A DNA stretch of 64,000 nucleotides from the human T2T-CHM13v2.0 reference genome, Homo sapiens (GCF_009914755.1 NC_060927.1), one strand, 5' to 3'. Counted from the stretch's first letter, positions 43,576 to 57,550 are shown. A program made the numbers and translations. Notes: generated by a model not told the origin, from the sequence alone.

Positions 43576-44615
43576 ACTGAGTCTCATCCGAAGCCAGCAA
43601 GTCTCAGAGACTCACTCAAGGCCCTCAACATAGTACCTCGGTATCAATGCTGGATATTCAGGGCCCCAGGGCTCTTCAATTAGCAGATGATGAATGCTGC
43701 CAGGATTGGGTCCTTTCCTTCAAGGCAGTGGGTTCCCTTCTGGCCCAGGATGTGTCTAAAAATCTCATCTGGAATCTAGGGCCTAGAATGAGGCCTCACG
43801 ACTCTACCTGGTGCCCTATCCTGCTGTGGCTGAGCTGGTATCCAAGATGCAAGACAAAGTCCTCCCCACTCTTCCCCCTCCTCTCCTGAAGCAGAAAAAA
43901 ATTTGTCTCTTTTGGACCCTCAAGCTCTGCAGCCTAGGGTTAGAGGAGGGGAGATGCCAGCACTCTCTTTGCTGTCCCAGCTGGTGTCTCAGTAGGTCGC
44001 ATCCCCTTCCCCGCTGTCCACTGTCCACTGTCCACTGTCCACTGCCTCGGGGCCTGGTTCAGTACTAGGACTTGCCTAAGAGTTGCAGTCCTTACGGGCT
44101 AGCCTTTCACGTTTACTTGGAGACACAGTGCACTGGAGCCCTCTGTGGCAAGGTTTGCAGGCACTCAAGCTCCAACAATCACTGAGATTTACAATTCCCC
44201 TCTGGCTAGGGCTGGTTCCAAAGCTCCCTCCGTGGGCAGGCATCAGCTGAGTTTGTTCGCGTTTTTGCTTCTGCTCTAACAGGATAGCACTGAGTTTAAT
44301 GCCTCATAATTGCTGTGTTCTTCCTCCCTCAGTGCTCAAAGATGTTCTCTGCACCAAGACTCTGCAATGGGGATTGCAGAGGGTGGGGAGGAGTGGTGTC
44401 CATGAGGATTCCGGACTGCTCTTTCCACCTTTTCAGTGCATCTTTCAGTGATATGAAGTTAAAAAGTTAAAAATCAGGTACTATGAATGCTCATCAGGTT
44501 TTCTGTTTTTATGAAAGTGTTTCTTCCATGTAGATAGTTGTTTACTTGGTGTCCTTGCGGGGACCGGGCTGGGGACAATTGGTGAAGCCTTCTATTCAGC
44601 AATCTTGTTCCATCC
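43576..44615 (-). mobile_element. L1 5'UTR (L1M1/L1MA-type)
   Basis: GC-richer block TCCTTCAAGGCAGTGGGTTCCCTTCTGGCCCAGG...CAAGATGCAAGACAAAGTCC...TTCTATTCAGCAATCTTG resembling recalled old L1 5' ends. Confidence 0.75.
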
Positions 44616-45394
44616 TTTCTAATTCCAAGAAGGGGTTTTTGTTTTGTTTTGTTTTAACATGCTCTGCTTTGCTTATCAACTTATAAGAAATATTTTTCCT
44701 TTCTCTGTCTAAAGTGCTTTTACATTTTGGAAAGCCCATACTCCTTGTGACCTCTCAAAAAAATTCTTGGCCATCAAAACCCCGTTTTGATACTTCCTAT
44801 GACGGCCTAAACTCAGGTCCATGCCTTCAAGACATGTACAAGCTAGCTGTAAAGAAAAGACTCACTGGAAACAATGGAGTGAATTGGTTTTAAAGTGGGG
44901 ATCGAAAGCTATAAATTCTGCTAAAGGCCAAAAGAGAAGGCATTATTGAGACTGGATATTTGGGGAGGCTTTTCCAGAGGAGACAGGAATTTACAGTGGC
45001 CTTAAATCATGAAGATTAGAATTAACGGAAAGAGAATTCCAGGAGGGAGAAAATAGGTAAACAATAAGAGGGAAGTGGGAGTGGGCATGGCTCGCAATAA
45101 GCACACAGAAGAAAAGAAAAGAGAATGTGTGAAGAGGAGTTGTGTAAGTGTAATGAGGCATTGAAGGGCAGAAGTTTCAGGAATTGTTGCAACGAAAACT
45201 TTATAAAATAAGAAAACAATTTCAATAAGTAAAATATATTAGATATTGAACTAAACTCTAGTAAGTTTTGAATTAGATTTCAGAGTAAGGAAGAATGCTT
45301 AATGTTGACAATCTCAACCTTGATTTCTGGGCAGCTGGATAGATATGAACACATTTCACAGGGCTACCTTCGAGCATGAAGCAGCATGAAAACA

Positions 45395-45559
45395 ATGATA
45401 GTCATAATTAATGTTAAATTTGCTTATTGCCAGGAACATTGCTAACACTTTACATATATTATTTCACTTAATCATCCCAACAACTCTGCAAGACAAACAT
45501 TATTATATTCTACGTTTTATAATTGAAGATACTGAGGTTCAAGAAAATTAAGGAACTTG
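45395..45559 (-). mobile_element. MIR, interrupted by AluY
   Basis: TTTACATATATTATTTCACTTAATCATCCCAACAACTCTGC...ACTGAGGTTCAAG. Confidence 0.8.
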
Positions 45560-45878
<319 letters not shown>

Positions 45879-46024
45879 TTAAGGAACTTGGTCCATAGCC
45901 AGGCTGAGATTTGCATGTATGTATACTGTGTCTATGTGTGTACATACACACACACACACACACAGACATATATATAGAGAGAGAGATTTCATAACACCAG
46001 AAATTGTGCTTTTGACTGCTTATA

Positions 46025-46432
46025 CAATATGGATATTTGTCCCTTCTAAATCTCTTGTTGAAATGTGATCCTCAATGTTGGAGGTGGAGCCTGGTGGGAG
46101 GGTTAGTGTCATGGGGTGGATCGTTCATGAGTGGCTTGGTGCTTTCCCTGTGGTAATAAATGAGTTTTCACTCTATTAGTTCAGGCAAGAGCTGGTTGTT
46201 TAAAAGAGCTTGGTATCCCCCTTCTTTTTTTTCCTCTCTCACCATGTGACATGCCTGTCCCACCTTCGCCTTCTGCCAAGAGTAAAAGCTTCCTGAGGCC
46301 TCACAAGAAGCTGAGCAGATGTTGGTGCCATGCTTGTACAGCCTGCAGAACTGTGAGCCAAACAAACCTCTTTTCTTTATAAATTACCCAGTCTCAGGTA
46401 TTCCTTTATAGGAATGCAAAATGGACTAAACT
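46025..46432 (+). mobile_element. MSTB-like solo LTR
   Basis: AATGTTGGAGGTGGAGCCTGGTGGGAGG...GTAAAAGCTTCCTGAGGCCTCAC...TAAATTACCCAGTCTCAGGTATTCCTTTATAG. Confidence 0.9.
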
Positions 46433-48054
46433 ACTATTCTAACATATATAAGAATTAGTTGGGTTGCATATAGGATAAAAACAAATAGATACAAGTGGTT
46501 TTAAAAAGTAGTAAAAGAAGTCCTAAGGCTTCTTTTTGTACCAGGTATCAATCCAACTGGATGTGGGAAAGTAGGTCCAAATATCCCCAAGTTGGGACAC
46601 AGGAATCCAGGGTGGTGGGTGAAGGGAACAGCTTAGTGTTAAGAGGCCCTAACCAGTTGTTATTTATCAACTAGTGCAAAAATATTTTAGTATTTTAACA
46701 ACTTGCATGGCCATTCCACTGTGTCCTGGGAAAAAAGTCAGCCCAGCATATGACCCCACTCATCCTTACTACACAGTCCCCTGGATTCCCACTGGTAGCT
46801 AAATACATGCAACACCACAAGTGAGACAAGCAGAGCACCAGCTGGATTAAAGGGTCCTTGTTTATTCTCCACTGCATGACCATCTGTCTCACACCTGGCA
46901 AGGAAAAGGTGGAAACGAGAGAAAGAGGAAGAGGAAGATAAGTTAGAAAGAATAGAGTAATTGATTGTTTTATTTGATCTTAAAACAAGTCAACCAGAAC
47001 GTACCTCCTCTAGTTCCTAGCAGGCTGCAATTCCATATAAGAATAAACTTAGTGAGATGGTGATAATGTCACTAGAAGAGTTGCTTAAGCAGAAAAGGTT
47101 ATGTTACATGGAAGTTAAAAGTGAGATGTGCTGTGAGTAGATGTGCTCAGAGTAAAAAATCAGTTCTTGCAAAATCAACAGTTGAATTATACGCATTGCA
47201 TTTTAAAGGTAAAGTATTAATAAATTCATATAATGAAAAGAGTAAAAAATAAATTCAAATTCTCAGACCAAGCCACCATTCTTCAAACTTTGAAAAATGT
47301 AGACTGGTTTTTATTGCAATTATTTTAAATCTCAACAATACTTTCTGGAAAAGTGAAGGCTTTAGGCAGTAACATTCTAATAGCACAAATAAAATCTTTT
47401 CTCATGAGATTTTAAGTTCAACATGCAGGGTAAGAATTTTTTACAATTGCATTGATCATTTGAACTCTAGGGCTCCTGAACCTGAGGGCACATATTTTGC
47501 TCCTCATTAACTAGAAAAAAGTAAGGATGGTATACCACTTATTTTAAAAGCTATTTTCTGAAGATGGAATATGAAAAACATGGTCATTTTCCTCAATTTG
47601 GACATGATTTCTTCTATTTTCATGTAATTTCATAAAATGATTATTTTAAATGGTTCTGCTTTTAGTCATAACCTTGTAAGGGGGTAAAGCAGTGTGGGAG
47701 GGGACTTGAAAATGTTAAACTTTTATGTTGAACTGGACTTCCAACTGAAGGTTACAGCTGGGTGTTGAAAATGACATCATAATCCCTTTGATGACCCATA
47801 TGGATCTCATTGGTAATAATCTGTATTGACCACTAGAATGGTTTTGTTTATAGAATTATTTACTAGCCTTCTATTTTCTCTTTTGAAGAAATAGTTTTCA
47901 GAGCCCTCAGCTAAATAGGGGTTCCAGTATCAGAGCTGTGAGCAACGCTGCTTTAATGGGAAATAAAGGGGAGCTGAACTTGGGCGTTTACAGTGTGCCT
48001 TTCACAGGATCTTTCTTTTGCCTGGCAGACAGTCTAATGGCTAGTTGTTCAACT

Positions 48055-48678
48055 TGTGACCAGATAGTTTCTCACACTGGCAGACATCCCTGTGGCTCTC
48101 GTCTGACCCATGTCCAGTTTATGCCTGCCTGACCATTGCTCCAGCGCTGGGAGGCCAACCCTGTGTTCTTCCCAGCATCCTGAAGAAAACCTGGTCTAGG
48201 GTAGTCCCTATTTCTTCAGATGGAAAATATAAATTCAGTACACCACCAGAACAGGAAACAAGTTGAAAGATTTTTACTTACAGCTCCTGGGCAAAGAGGA
48301 TAATGAGTTGGGAGGGCAGTCCTCCATCCCTGGGTCACACAAGGCAGGAATGAAGAGTCAGGCTGAGAGAGAAGGAGAAAAAAAAAGAGAGAGAGTGAAG
48401 CATGCAATGACTAGCAGTATTTCTAAGGAATTAGACTGTGGGTCACTTTAAGTTTGAGGGCAGATGCCTAGTGGTTCATTTAAAGGAAGCAGGAAAGCAG
48501 ACAGCCCCATCTGCTAGGCAGGAGAGATGCCTCTAAGTTCTTCTTTCCAGCCACTGGCTTGAGCCAGCCAGTGGCTGTGGCGTACAGCTGGAAGCTGTGT
48601 CCAGGGTGATTGAGCCTTGCTTCTGATATGAGAAAATTAGGGTACTGAGGCAACATAAAATTATAAAAATTCCCTATG
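48055..48678 (-). mobile_element. ERVL-class solo LTR (MER73/MER74 group, subfamily uncertain)
   Basis: GGAGAGATGCCTCTAAGTTCTT...CCACTGGCTTGAGCCA...CTGAGGCAACATAAAATTATAA resembles a recalled consensus. Confidence 0.6.
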
Positions 48679-48884
48679 GAGACTTTTTTGAAATTTTTTT
48701 TTACTATTTGGAAAATCATCCACAAGAGCTACCCGTGGACTTTATTTTCAGTGTCTTTGGAATGCCAAACACAGGGTGAGGTGTCATATATTTAGAAATA
48801 AGACCCAGATTTTTCCCTCAAATTCCTTACAATCTAGCTTTTCTTCCTCTGTATTTCATACCTCCCCCTTTCCAGTCATTGTAC

Positions 48885-49394
48885 TAAAAACAAGGAATAT
48901 TTCCCAGCCACTCCTGCCTTCTCGAAGAAACCTCTTTCCACAGCCTTGCTTTTAAGATGTTCTGTTTTCACCATCTATCCATGCTGATTGGACAACTGGC
49001 CCTTGTTGAGCTTAAGTGTCTTTCTCCTGGAAAATGGAAAATGGGAGCTCAAAACAGTAAGCCTAGTGGCACTTGCTTGGAATGAGAATACCAATGAATC
49101 AGGATGTTGGCTATATCACTCTGAAGCAGAAATAGCTGGTCTGCCAACACGGACACGCAAAGAGATGCAACAACATGAAACTAGAAAGTTCAAGAGCAAT
49201 GAGGCCAAGGTGCTCAGAACTGACTTTCCAGTTTATATGTTCCACTCCCTCAGGAGGACACACTTCCTGCTACAGGACTCTGTGGGATGGAGATCCACAG
49301 TGCCGCTGGACCTTCTCAACATATTTTCTCTTTTCACTTTACATTGGATTGAGTAAGTTTCTATTCCTTAACCAAATAGCCCTTGTCTAAAACA
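48885..49394 (+). mobile_element. Old ERVL LTR (LTR33-like)
   Basis: 3' end TTGAGTAAGTTTCTATTCCTTAACCAAATAGCCCTTGTCTAAAACA. Confidence 0.5.
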
Positions 49395-49611
49395 TAACTT
49401 GTGGACTTAAGATTATAAAAGAAAATAAATTCCAGCAAGAAAAGTCAAAAAGAGCATTTAATCAGGAGGGTACAGACATCTGAATTTTAGTTCAGCTTTT
49501 TCCCCTAACACCACGATAGTAATCACATGATCCAGATTTTCTAGGAGAATCATGATATTTAAAAATCTCATTTCACTGATAAAAGAACAATATTGTAAAA
49601 ACACATGTAGG

Positions 49612-49821
49612 CAGTGGTGTGTCGGTAAATGTTTAACAATCAACTCTCTGGCAAAGAAAGCCATGCCCTAATATTTAGCCTTGGCCAATTTCCATGGTAT
49701 AAATACTTCTATGGTGGCCAATTTCAAGCAACTAACCTGATGTCACTGAACACTGAGTTTGGAAGAGATGCTAACAATCATCACTCATGAGCCAGTACAA
49801 GATGGCTCCAGCACACCACTG
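49612..49821. mobile_element. MER63A-like hAT MITE
   Basis: Terminal inverted repeats CAGTGGTGTG / CACACCACTG; internal GGTAAATGTTTAACA and GCCAATTTCAAGC. Confidence 0.88.
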
Positions 49822-49834
49822 TGTGAGGCACAAG

Positions 49835-50060
49835 TTTTAGAACGAGAAAGAGTCCGGTTTACAACTTACCTTTGCTCCATTATTATGCATAAAGTGGATT
49901 TCTGTCTGTGCCTCCATTATATATAGAGTTAGAATAAAAAATGACCACATAGAGGGTTGTTGAAAGGATCAAATAAGATGATATGTACCTTACGTAATGC
50001 CTGGCGATGTGTATGTTCAACTAACAGCAGTGATTATTGTTGCTGTGTTTGTTGTTGTCA
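49835..50060 (+). mobile_element. MIR
   Basis: CATAGAGGGTTGTTGAAAGGATCAAATAAGATGATATG...AATGCCTGGC. Confidence 0.65.
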
Positions 50061-50452
50061 CTACTCCTGTTACTATGAGTATTATTGTCAGATTATGGGT
50101 CTCAGTTTTGGATTGAAAAATACAGTCCCCATAATTATTATCAATTTCCTGAATAACCTTAAATAAATTACCTGATTTTTGTGTAAGTCAATATCCTCAT
50201 CTCTAAAATGAAGTTCTAAGGAAAGTCACTATAGTATTTTTCCTTCAAATCCTATGAAGACATAAGAGTGGAGCTATGTGAGAGACAGATTTGGGTGCAC
50301 AGGAAAAGGGAAGGAAAATGGCAGGGTCCCCCTCTAAAATCAAACCCTCAGGAAGTAAAGCCGTCAAGTGTGATATCCAAGAATGTCTCTCTGCCTCCAG
50401 TACCTTCAGAAGTACACAAACTGCAACATTAGGCAAAGGTTTAGCCCATGCC

Positions 50453-50749
50453 ATTTTTTCTTTCTTTCTTTCTTTTTGAGACAAGGTCTTACTCTGTCGC
50501 TACCCAGGCTGGAGTGCAGTGGTGTGACCATGGCTTACTACAACCTGGACCACCTAGACTCAAGCAATTCTCCCTCCTCTGCCTCCCAAGTAGCTGAGAC
50601 CATAGATGCATGGGCAACTGCACCCGGCTAATTTTTTAATTTTTGTAGAGATGAGGTCTCACTGGTCTCAAACTCCCAGCCTCAAACTATCCTCCCACCT
50701 TAGCCTCCCAAAGTGCTGGGATTACAGGCATGAGCCATTACGCCTGGCC
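50453..50749 (-). mobile_element. AluJ
   Basis: Antisense dimer ending CCCAAAGTGCTGGGATTACAGGCATGAGCCATTACGCCTGGCC; diverged. Confidence 0.93.
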
Positions 50750-50864
50750 TCAGTCCCTGCTTTTAATGGAGTATCTCAATGGCTTAATTAGGAGTAAGAA
50801 GATAGGTTGAAATGAAAAGCAGAGAACATACAAAGAAAATGCTAAAGTGCCTTCTCTTTGCCAT

Positions 50865-51275
50865 TATTAAATTGAATTAAGTTTGGCCTAAAGCAGCACC
50901 TCTACATATTTAAGTATGGCCAAAGGTTTCTCAGTATATAATGAACTGTTACATAATGTGATATGTAAATAGTCTGTAACCTACTCTTATCACAAGCAAC
51001 CAAGCCTCAGCCCATCACAGCAGCCAAGTTTCAGCCAATCACAGGCTGCCAACTGTTAAAATCGTGTTCAAATAAGGCAAACACCTGTTCAAGTAAGGCA
51101 AAAACCAATCCAGCTATTTCTGTTATTTTTTTGTCCATAAATGTTATCCAACCCTGTAGCAACCCTGAAGTCACTTAAAACTTTTTATGGTTCTGGGAGC
51201 TGACTGATTTGCAAATTGTTCTTTACTCAATTAAACTCTGTTAAATTTAAGTCATCTGAAGTTCTTCTTTTAATG
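50865..51275 (+). mobile_element. ERV1 solo LTR, MER57-like
   Basis: TTAAGTTTGGCCTAAAGC...TCAGCCAATCACAGGCTGCCAAC...TTCAAATAAGGCAAAC...CTCAATTAAACTCTGTTAAATTTAA. Confidence 0.82.
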
Positions 51276-51417
51276 TTATTTTACCCCCAACAGCAAAATA
51301 AACATGTTAGACTAGGGCTAGTAACTACCTCAAGAACTCGGACCCTTTTACTTGGTGCCCTGAGAGTATGATGTGATCAACCTCAAGCTACTTTCTCTCC
51401 TTACTTTCTATTCCCCC

Positions 51418-51418
<1 letters not shown>

Positions 51419-51458
<40 letters not shown>
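51419..51458. repeat. (AC)20 microsatellite
   Basis: Direct count. Confidence 0.97.
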
Positions 51459-51462
<4 letters not shown>

Positions 51463-54269
51463 AGTTCACATGTGACGTGTATACAAAAAACAAGAGTCTG
51501 GTCAAATGGCAAATTTATCTGCTTGCTGGGTAGGGGCAGGGCACTGATTTTAAGTGAAGACTTAAAATCGGTTCACTCTAAACGATAAAAGTAAAACCAA
51601 CTCAGTTTCTTTTTCAGTGAAAGAGAGAAACACACTAGAGGAAACGTGGGAATTAGAAGTTGGGGCCCAAAGAGAAGAAGCACTAACCTGAGAGAAAGGG
51701 AAAGTATACAGAAAAGAAAGTGGTTTTTAATAAGAAAGAGCAAAGAGGTGGTCAAATAAGAAACAAATGAGAAGAGGGAAGAGATTATAAATTATGAGAG
51801 GAGGGATGTGGAGAATGGAGAAAATGGATGAGAAGAGGAATTAACGATGAAAGAATTTTTTTGTTGCACTTTTAAAATCACAGCATCAAAGATTTCCCAA
51901 GCTCCAACAGGGCAATATGAGTTTGTGTATAGGTAGCAATCCTGAACGCTGTCTTCGGTAAAGACTGAAAAGGTGCTAGGACACACCCTTTTTTTAATAA
52001 CATTTACATTCAAATAAACCTAGAAGGCAGGAGAAGGGCAAGCTGCCTGCTGTATCCCATTTACAATCCTGAAACAGAAGAGCCAAGTACCCAGAATATT
52101 CTGGACAGATTAATCTTGGCCGAGGTCTACATAAAGATGAAAAAATGCAAAATTAAAGTGATTCTGTCACTTAAAATAAAGAGTAATTACTTATGGGAGG
52201 AAGGAAACCAAATAAAGTGGCAAAGAAATTCTCTGATTTAGTGAAATTCATAGAAATGAAAAGATTTTCTATCAGATCTGTTATATGAGCTGTAATTCTC
52301 TAAGACTGCAGACACGGGATTTGATTGGGACCCTTGATCAACTCTTGTTAAGGTTGTTGCACCTTCTTATCATTGCTAGCACAAAATAAAATGTCCACTT
52401 CCTGACACAGGCATATTGCACCATAAAGAAACACAGTCAACCTGTTTGAAATCAGGCTCTAGATTTAGCACCGTATGATTTGAGCCCCAACTAAACTTAT
52501 CTTTGGGGTCTGAAAAGTAATATTTGTTTACTGCTTAAAACACACCATTTGCGAATGAAATTATCATCCCTGAATCACAACGCTATAAAAATGTTCTCTG
52601 GGTAAAATCAAATGAAGAATTAAGTTCTTTTGCAGTGAACCTGGGACTATCCTTACAGTCAATTTAACTACTTGGATGGAGTGAGAAGGCACACACTTAA
52701 ATACAGTTAAAATTAAAGCTATCTTTTGCCTGAGTTATCTGCAAATACTCAGCAACTGGGGTTTAGCTTTTACTTCCTACTCTGCTATGACTACAGGGAC
52801 CTATAGAATTTTCCAGCCTAAGCTTAAATCATAACATGGATAAGTAACAGCTAGATGATAACATAAGAATTAAAGAAATAGAAGTCAGAAAATCAGGGGC
52901 AAGAGAAATGAAAGTGTGAAGGACATCTCTTTCATGATAGCCTATAAATCTGTTCACTCAACACATCTGGCAAGTGAACTAGGCTTTCAGAAAACATGAA
53001 AATGAAGAAGGGTTTCTTCCTTCTTCCTTTCAAATCAGATTACAATGTGCATACAAAAGGACCTGCAAATAGAAATAAGAAAATTCCATTAATGTGATAA
53101 TGATATTCTGAATGACCTGAACAAACAAAGGAGATTGGAACTTTGGAAGTAATTTGTCGATCATTTCCTCTTCCACATTTCGTGAGCTCCTGACTTAAAG
53201 GGTTTTAGAAAATGCTGCCGTGTCTCTGCTAGGCCAGCTTTGTTCCATCTGCCAGAGAATGCCTACAGGAAAAATTAATTCAATAAAACATGATTTCCAT
53301 TGTGATGTTAGATTGTTTTTACTTTCCATTAATTAAAATAGATATATATTTATATTTATATAAAATAAGAGGCAGCCTCAGCCACACTGTATGCATGCTA
53401 GAATACATGTGAACTGAAGGGCACTGGGAGACATGACTATAACTTGATCTTTCTAATGTTCATGTTCTGTGTAAAATATACCCATGGACCATGGCAAAGC
53501 CACCAATAAAATGCTCAAGTACTTGGGCAGTAAAGAGGTGATGTGAAATTATTAACAACTTTGTTTGCATGAGACTCTAAATTTCCATCTCATCTCCCCA
53601 CCCGACCCTTTCTGCCATCACTGCTTGGCACCATAATAGGCCAGAATTGTGTTCAGTGTGTATATTTGCCTGAAATGGCCCAGAATAAAAGGAGTCAGTA
53701 GGTAAATCCAAGGTCTTTACCAAGGATCAATAGGCAAATGAGGAGTACTGACTTGTGTCTTCGTGTCCAGAAGGCCCATCTGAAAGTTGGAACAGATAAC
53801 AAGACTCAGAAAGAGAAGCTGGTAAACACTGGAATGGTGGAGTGGGTAACAGCAGGAGTAAAGTGAGAAGGCTCAGGAGTAGCAGAGCAAGGACAGGTGT
53901 AAAGGTTCCTTTTTCTTTGACCTGGACCCCATGGGGCAGGAAGCCTGGTGTGCACACAGATTTGGGGTGAAGTTTCCTAGCAGGGAAGAATGTACCAAGG
54001 AGAAAGCAGTCAGTTAAATAAGATGATGTGGTAAGCACAGTGCAGATGTTAGGTATTGTTAGTAGGTGGGTGGGAGTGCAGTGGGAAAGGTCTGATGTGA
54101 GAGCACAGGCCAGGAAGATCGGGCTCTGTGTGAGTTGTCCTGGACGTCTGGAGATAGAGGATCTCTCACCTGGTCAAGCCACAGACAGACTCAGCACTGA
54201 ACACCAGAGCAGAAGCCACACAGGAGCCAGTGTTGCACAAGGGCTTACAACCCCCACTTTCAGGAAAGA

Positions 54270-54650
54270 CTTCTGCATTTGAAACCTGGATCTGACATTT
54301 GCAGCTCTGTGACCTTGGGTAAGTAACTCAAGCCTCATTGTCCAAGCAATAATAGTAGTACTCACATGGATGGGTTCTTGTGAAGATGAAATGAATTGCA
54401 CAAATAAATGATAATATATAAGGTAATGGATATTTTAATTAACTTGATTTAGCCATTCTACAATTTACACATTTTTAAAACATCATGTTGTATACCATAT
54501 ATATATATACACACACACAATTTTTATTTGTCAATTAAAAGTAAATAAGTAAAACAGAATTATGCCAAAAATATTAAATTAGTAAATATAAAGTACTTAG
54601 AACAGTGCCTAGTACATAGTGAGCAATCAACATTAGCTATTATAATCGCT
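54270..54650 (+). mobile_element. MIR split by an L1MA 3' end
   Basis: TGTGACCTTGGGTAAGTAACT...GTGAAGATGAAATGA (to about 54400), resumes TAAAGTACTTAGAACAGTGCCTAGTACATAGT (about 54580). Confidence 0.8.
54401..54554 (+). mobile_element. L1MA (MA7/MA8-like) extreme 3' end
   Basis: AGGTAATGGATATTTTAATTAACTTGATTTAGCCATTCTACAAT...AACATCATGTTGTATACCAT...TTTTTATTTGTCAATTAAAA. Confidence 0.85.
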
Positions 54651-55218
54651 TATTAATATACTTGATACTATTTTGTAAAAGATAGAAAAGCAGAAGCTCC
54701 TATACACAGAAGCTACTCTTTTATATTACAATGGCTAAAAATATTTTTTTGCTTTCTGTCTTGGAGCAGACATTCTACTTCTCTACTTTTTTTCTTGGTA
54801 ATTTTATTTTAATAAACTAGAATTTCTCAATTCAAAATAATTTCTAAATGTTAAATTTCAATGTATAAGTCAAGCTTTAGAAATCATATTATGCTGTATT
54901 GTCGATTTATTTTTGAAACAATTACATATCTATTTTAAAGACACAAATCTTTTGTACTAAAATATTGTTTTAAATGTTACTGTGGGTGCATTTAGTCCAT
55001 GGACCTTGAAAAACAAAGTATTACAAAGGATGTCTTCCTAGCATCACCTGCTCTCATTCAGAAGGAAGGCAGTCTCTTCCTTAAACATAGGGATGACCTC
55101 CTTAAGTGGTTTTTTTAACCAATCTGTGAGTTAGCCTTCTGCAATATTCCTATAGGTGGGTCATGAAACATAGGAACCAGCCGTTTTTTTTCCAGCCCGA
55201 CTCAAAATTGGAGCTAAA

Positions 55219-55334
55219 GCAGGGTCACTAGCAAAGGGCTGCTGCATCTGTTACCAGGCCCTGTTCCCAGACAATCTGTATTTGGATCAGCCCTCCAAGT
55301 GATTTTGCTGCACGCTTGAGTTTAAGAAACACTG
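55219..55334. mobile_element. MER5-family relic
   Basis: GCCCTCCAAGTGATTTTGCTGCACGCTTGAGTTTAAGAAACACTG. Confidence 0.6.
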
Positions 55335-56002
55335 ACCCACAGAAGCTAGACCACAACCTGATTCTTCATCTCCATGAGTAAGGAACTTGTCTAAGGTCAG
55401 ATAGGTGAAAGGTGGGAGAGCCGAGTGCACTGACCCATTCTTCCCAGTACACCATGCTGCTTCACCCTTCTGTATACTACCTTCAGAAAAAAAAAGAAAA
55501 GGCCTTGAAAATTACACTATGGAAAGAGTATCAAACTCCATTTTAAAAGCATTTATAGTAAAAATGGCAATTGTCTCAGCTTTCTACAACCTAACATATT
55601 TTGACTCCCATATCAACTAATCGAATATTTCTTCAGAAGTATTTCCAATGCATAAAACTACCAGATACAATCTGCCTTCTCCTAAGAAAACTCAATACAT
55701 AAAAACCTGCTTACAAAACAGATAAATCAGAGTTTTAACTCTACAAAAGAATTTGCCACCTAATATTTTCTTTAAAAAAAACTAGTCTCGATACATTTGC
55801 ACAGTGATTCATTTCACAAAATTGTAATATACCTGAAAAATTTAGGAGGCATATCAACTAAGATTGTGTTCAGTCTCTTATAGAATTGGATCATTCATAA
55901 TCTTTCTCATTAATTCTCTGTGGTTGTGTTCGTCATTTTGCAAAAATGAAAATTCCACTTCAAATTTCCAGGAGACGCTAAGAGTCACCCCAATCTCTTA
56001 GG

Positions 56003-56160
56003 GCAGGGTTCTGAAGACTAAAATGTATCACAAAAAGGAATTTTTAAAACACAGATTGCTGTGCCATACCCCCAGGATTTCTAATTCAGTAGGTCTGGGG
56101 TGGACCCAAGATTTTATATTATAAATGAGTGTGATGGATCTCACTTTTAGAATCACTATT
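56003..56160. mobile_element. MER5A-like relic
   Basis: AAAACACAGATTGCTGTGCCATACCCCCAGGATTTCTAATTCAGTAGGTCTGGGGTGGACCCAAGA. Confidence 0.75.
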
Positions 56161-56624
56161 TAAGGAAGTTCCAGGGTAGACATGAACAAAAATTTTCCTC
56201 CAATAGTCCTCCTCAGTTTTCAAGCTGTGTTAAGATACATTCTACTGACACCTGCTGATTATGATGATTCAAGACATAGTTCTTTCTACAAATATACACT
56301 TTATAAGCCCTTATCACCACCCAACAGGAGATCAACTCAGACATGAATTCAGGAACAATAGCAAAGCCGGACTACTAGCACCTGGTAAATATGGAGATTA
56401 AAAGAGTTGCAAGAAGTATCCTCAACAACAGGGAAATGAGTAGCTTTTCCTGTTGTTGTTGGAAATTTTAGAGTGGTTACATTGGGCAACCTATTCCCAT
56501 TAAGTTTGAGAAGGTTAAGATATTGAGGTCACTACTTTAGCTATCAGTACTCTAATGAGGAGAATTTCCACAAAGCTATACAATTTTAAAAGAAATGCTG
56601 TAAATCTCTTATTAAACCAAACAA

Positions 56625-56850
56625 GTATCATGTTTATTGAGTACTTACTATATTTCATATATTATCTCACTTCATCTGCATGATACCCCTGCTCCATAAA
56701 TAGTATTAAGTCTATTTTGCAAATGCAACCAAAAAGACTGAATAGAGTTATCCCAGGTAGCACAGTTCATAAATGGCAGGGCCGGGATTTAAATCCAGGT
56801 TGTGGGACCCTAGAGCACAGGATCGTTTTTTCACTCCATGTTAACCAGCA
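56625..56850 (-). mobile_element. MIR
   Basis: TTTATTGAGTACTTACTAT...TAAATGGCAGGGCCGGGATTTAAATCCAGG. Confidence 0.75.
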
Positions 56851-56952
56851 TATAAAATAAGGCTTCAGTTTTCCCATTCATTGGAGAATAAATAGTTCCT
56901 GAGTGCAGACCAGAGCGGTTTCTTTGTTGTTCACCTTCTATGGGTGTTGATG

Positions 56953-57550
56953 GTGCATCAGTTTTCTATTGCTGCATAACAAATTACAATAAACCTAGAG
57001 ACTTAAAGCAATACTCAATTATTAGCTCACAGTTCTATACACCAGAAATCCAGGCAGGATCTACTGGGTTCTCTGCTCAATGTATCACAGTCCTAGAATC
57101 AAAGTATCAGCTGGGCTGGGCTGTCTGGACACTCAGGAACAATTGCTTTCAAGCTCGTTTATGTTGTGGGCAGAATCCAAGTTCCTTGGGATTGCAGTAT
57201 TGAGCTCCCCATTTCCTTGCTGGCTGTCAGCTGGAGGCCATTCACAGCCTCTGGGGCCCTCTCCATTTCTTGTCACATGGCTCCCTCCATCTTCCACCCA
57301 GCAACAGTGCATAAAATCCTTCTTGTGCTTATATCTCTTTGACTTGCTGTTTTCCTCCTAGCCAGAAAACACTCTCTCATTTTACAGGTGTTACTTGTTC
57401 GGGTCAGGCCCACCCAGATAATCTCTGTACCTTAAGGTCAACTGACTTGGGACTCTAATCACATCTGCAAAGTCCCTTTACAGCAGTACCTAGGTTACTG
57501 CTTGATTACATTAATATTAGATTGAATAATTGGGGAGAGGAATCTCATAG
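56953..57550 (-). mobile_element. MaLR LTR, MLT1E-like
   Basis: GTTTTCTATTGCTGCATAACAAATTAC...TTATTAGCTCACAGTTCT...TCAGGCCCACCCAGATAATCTC...TAATCACATCTGCAAAGTCCCTT. Confidence 0.85.
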
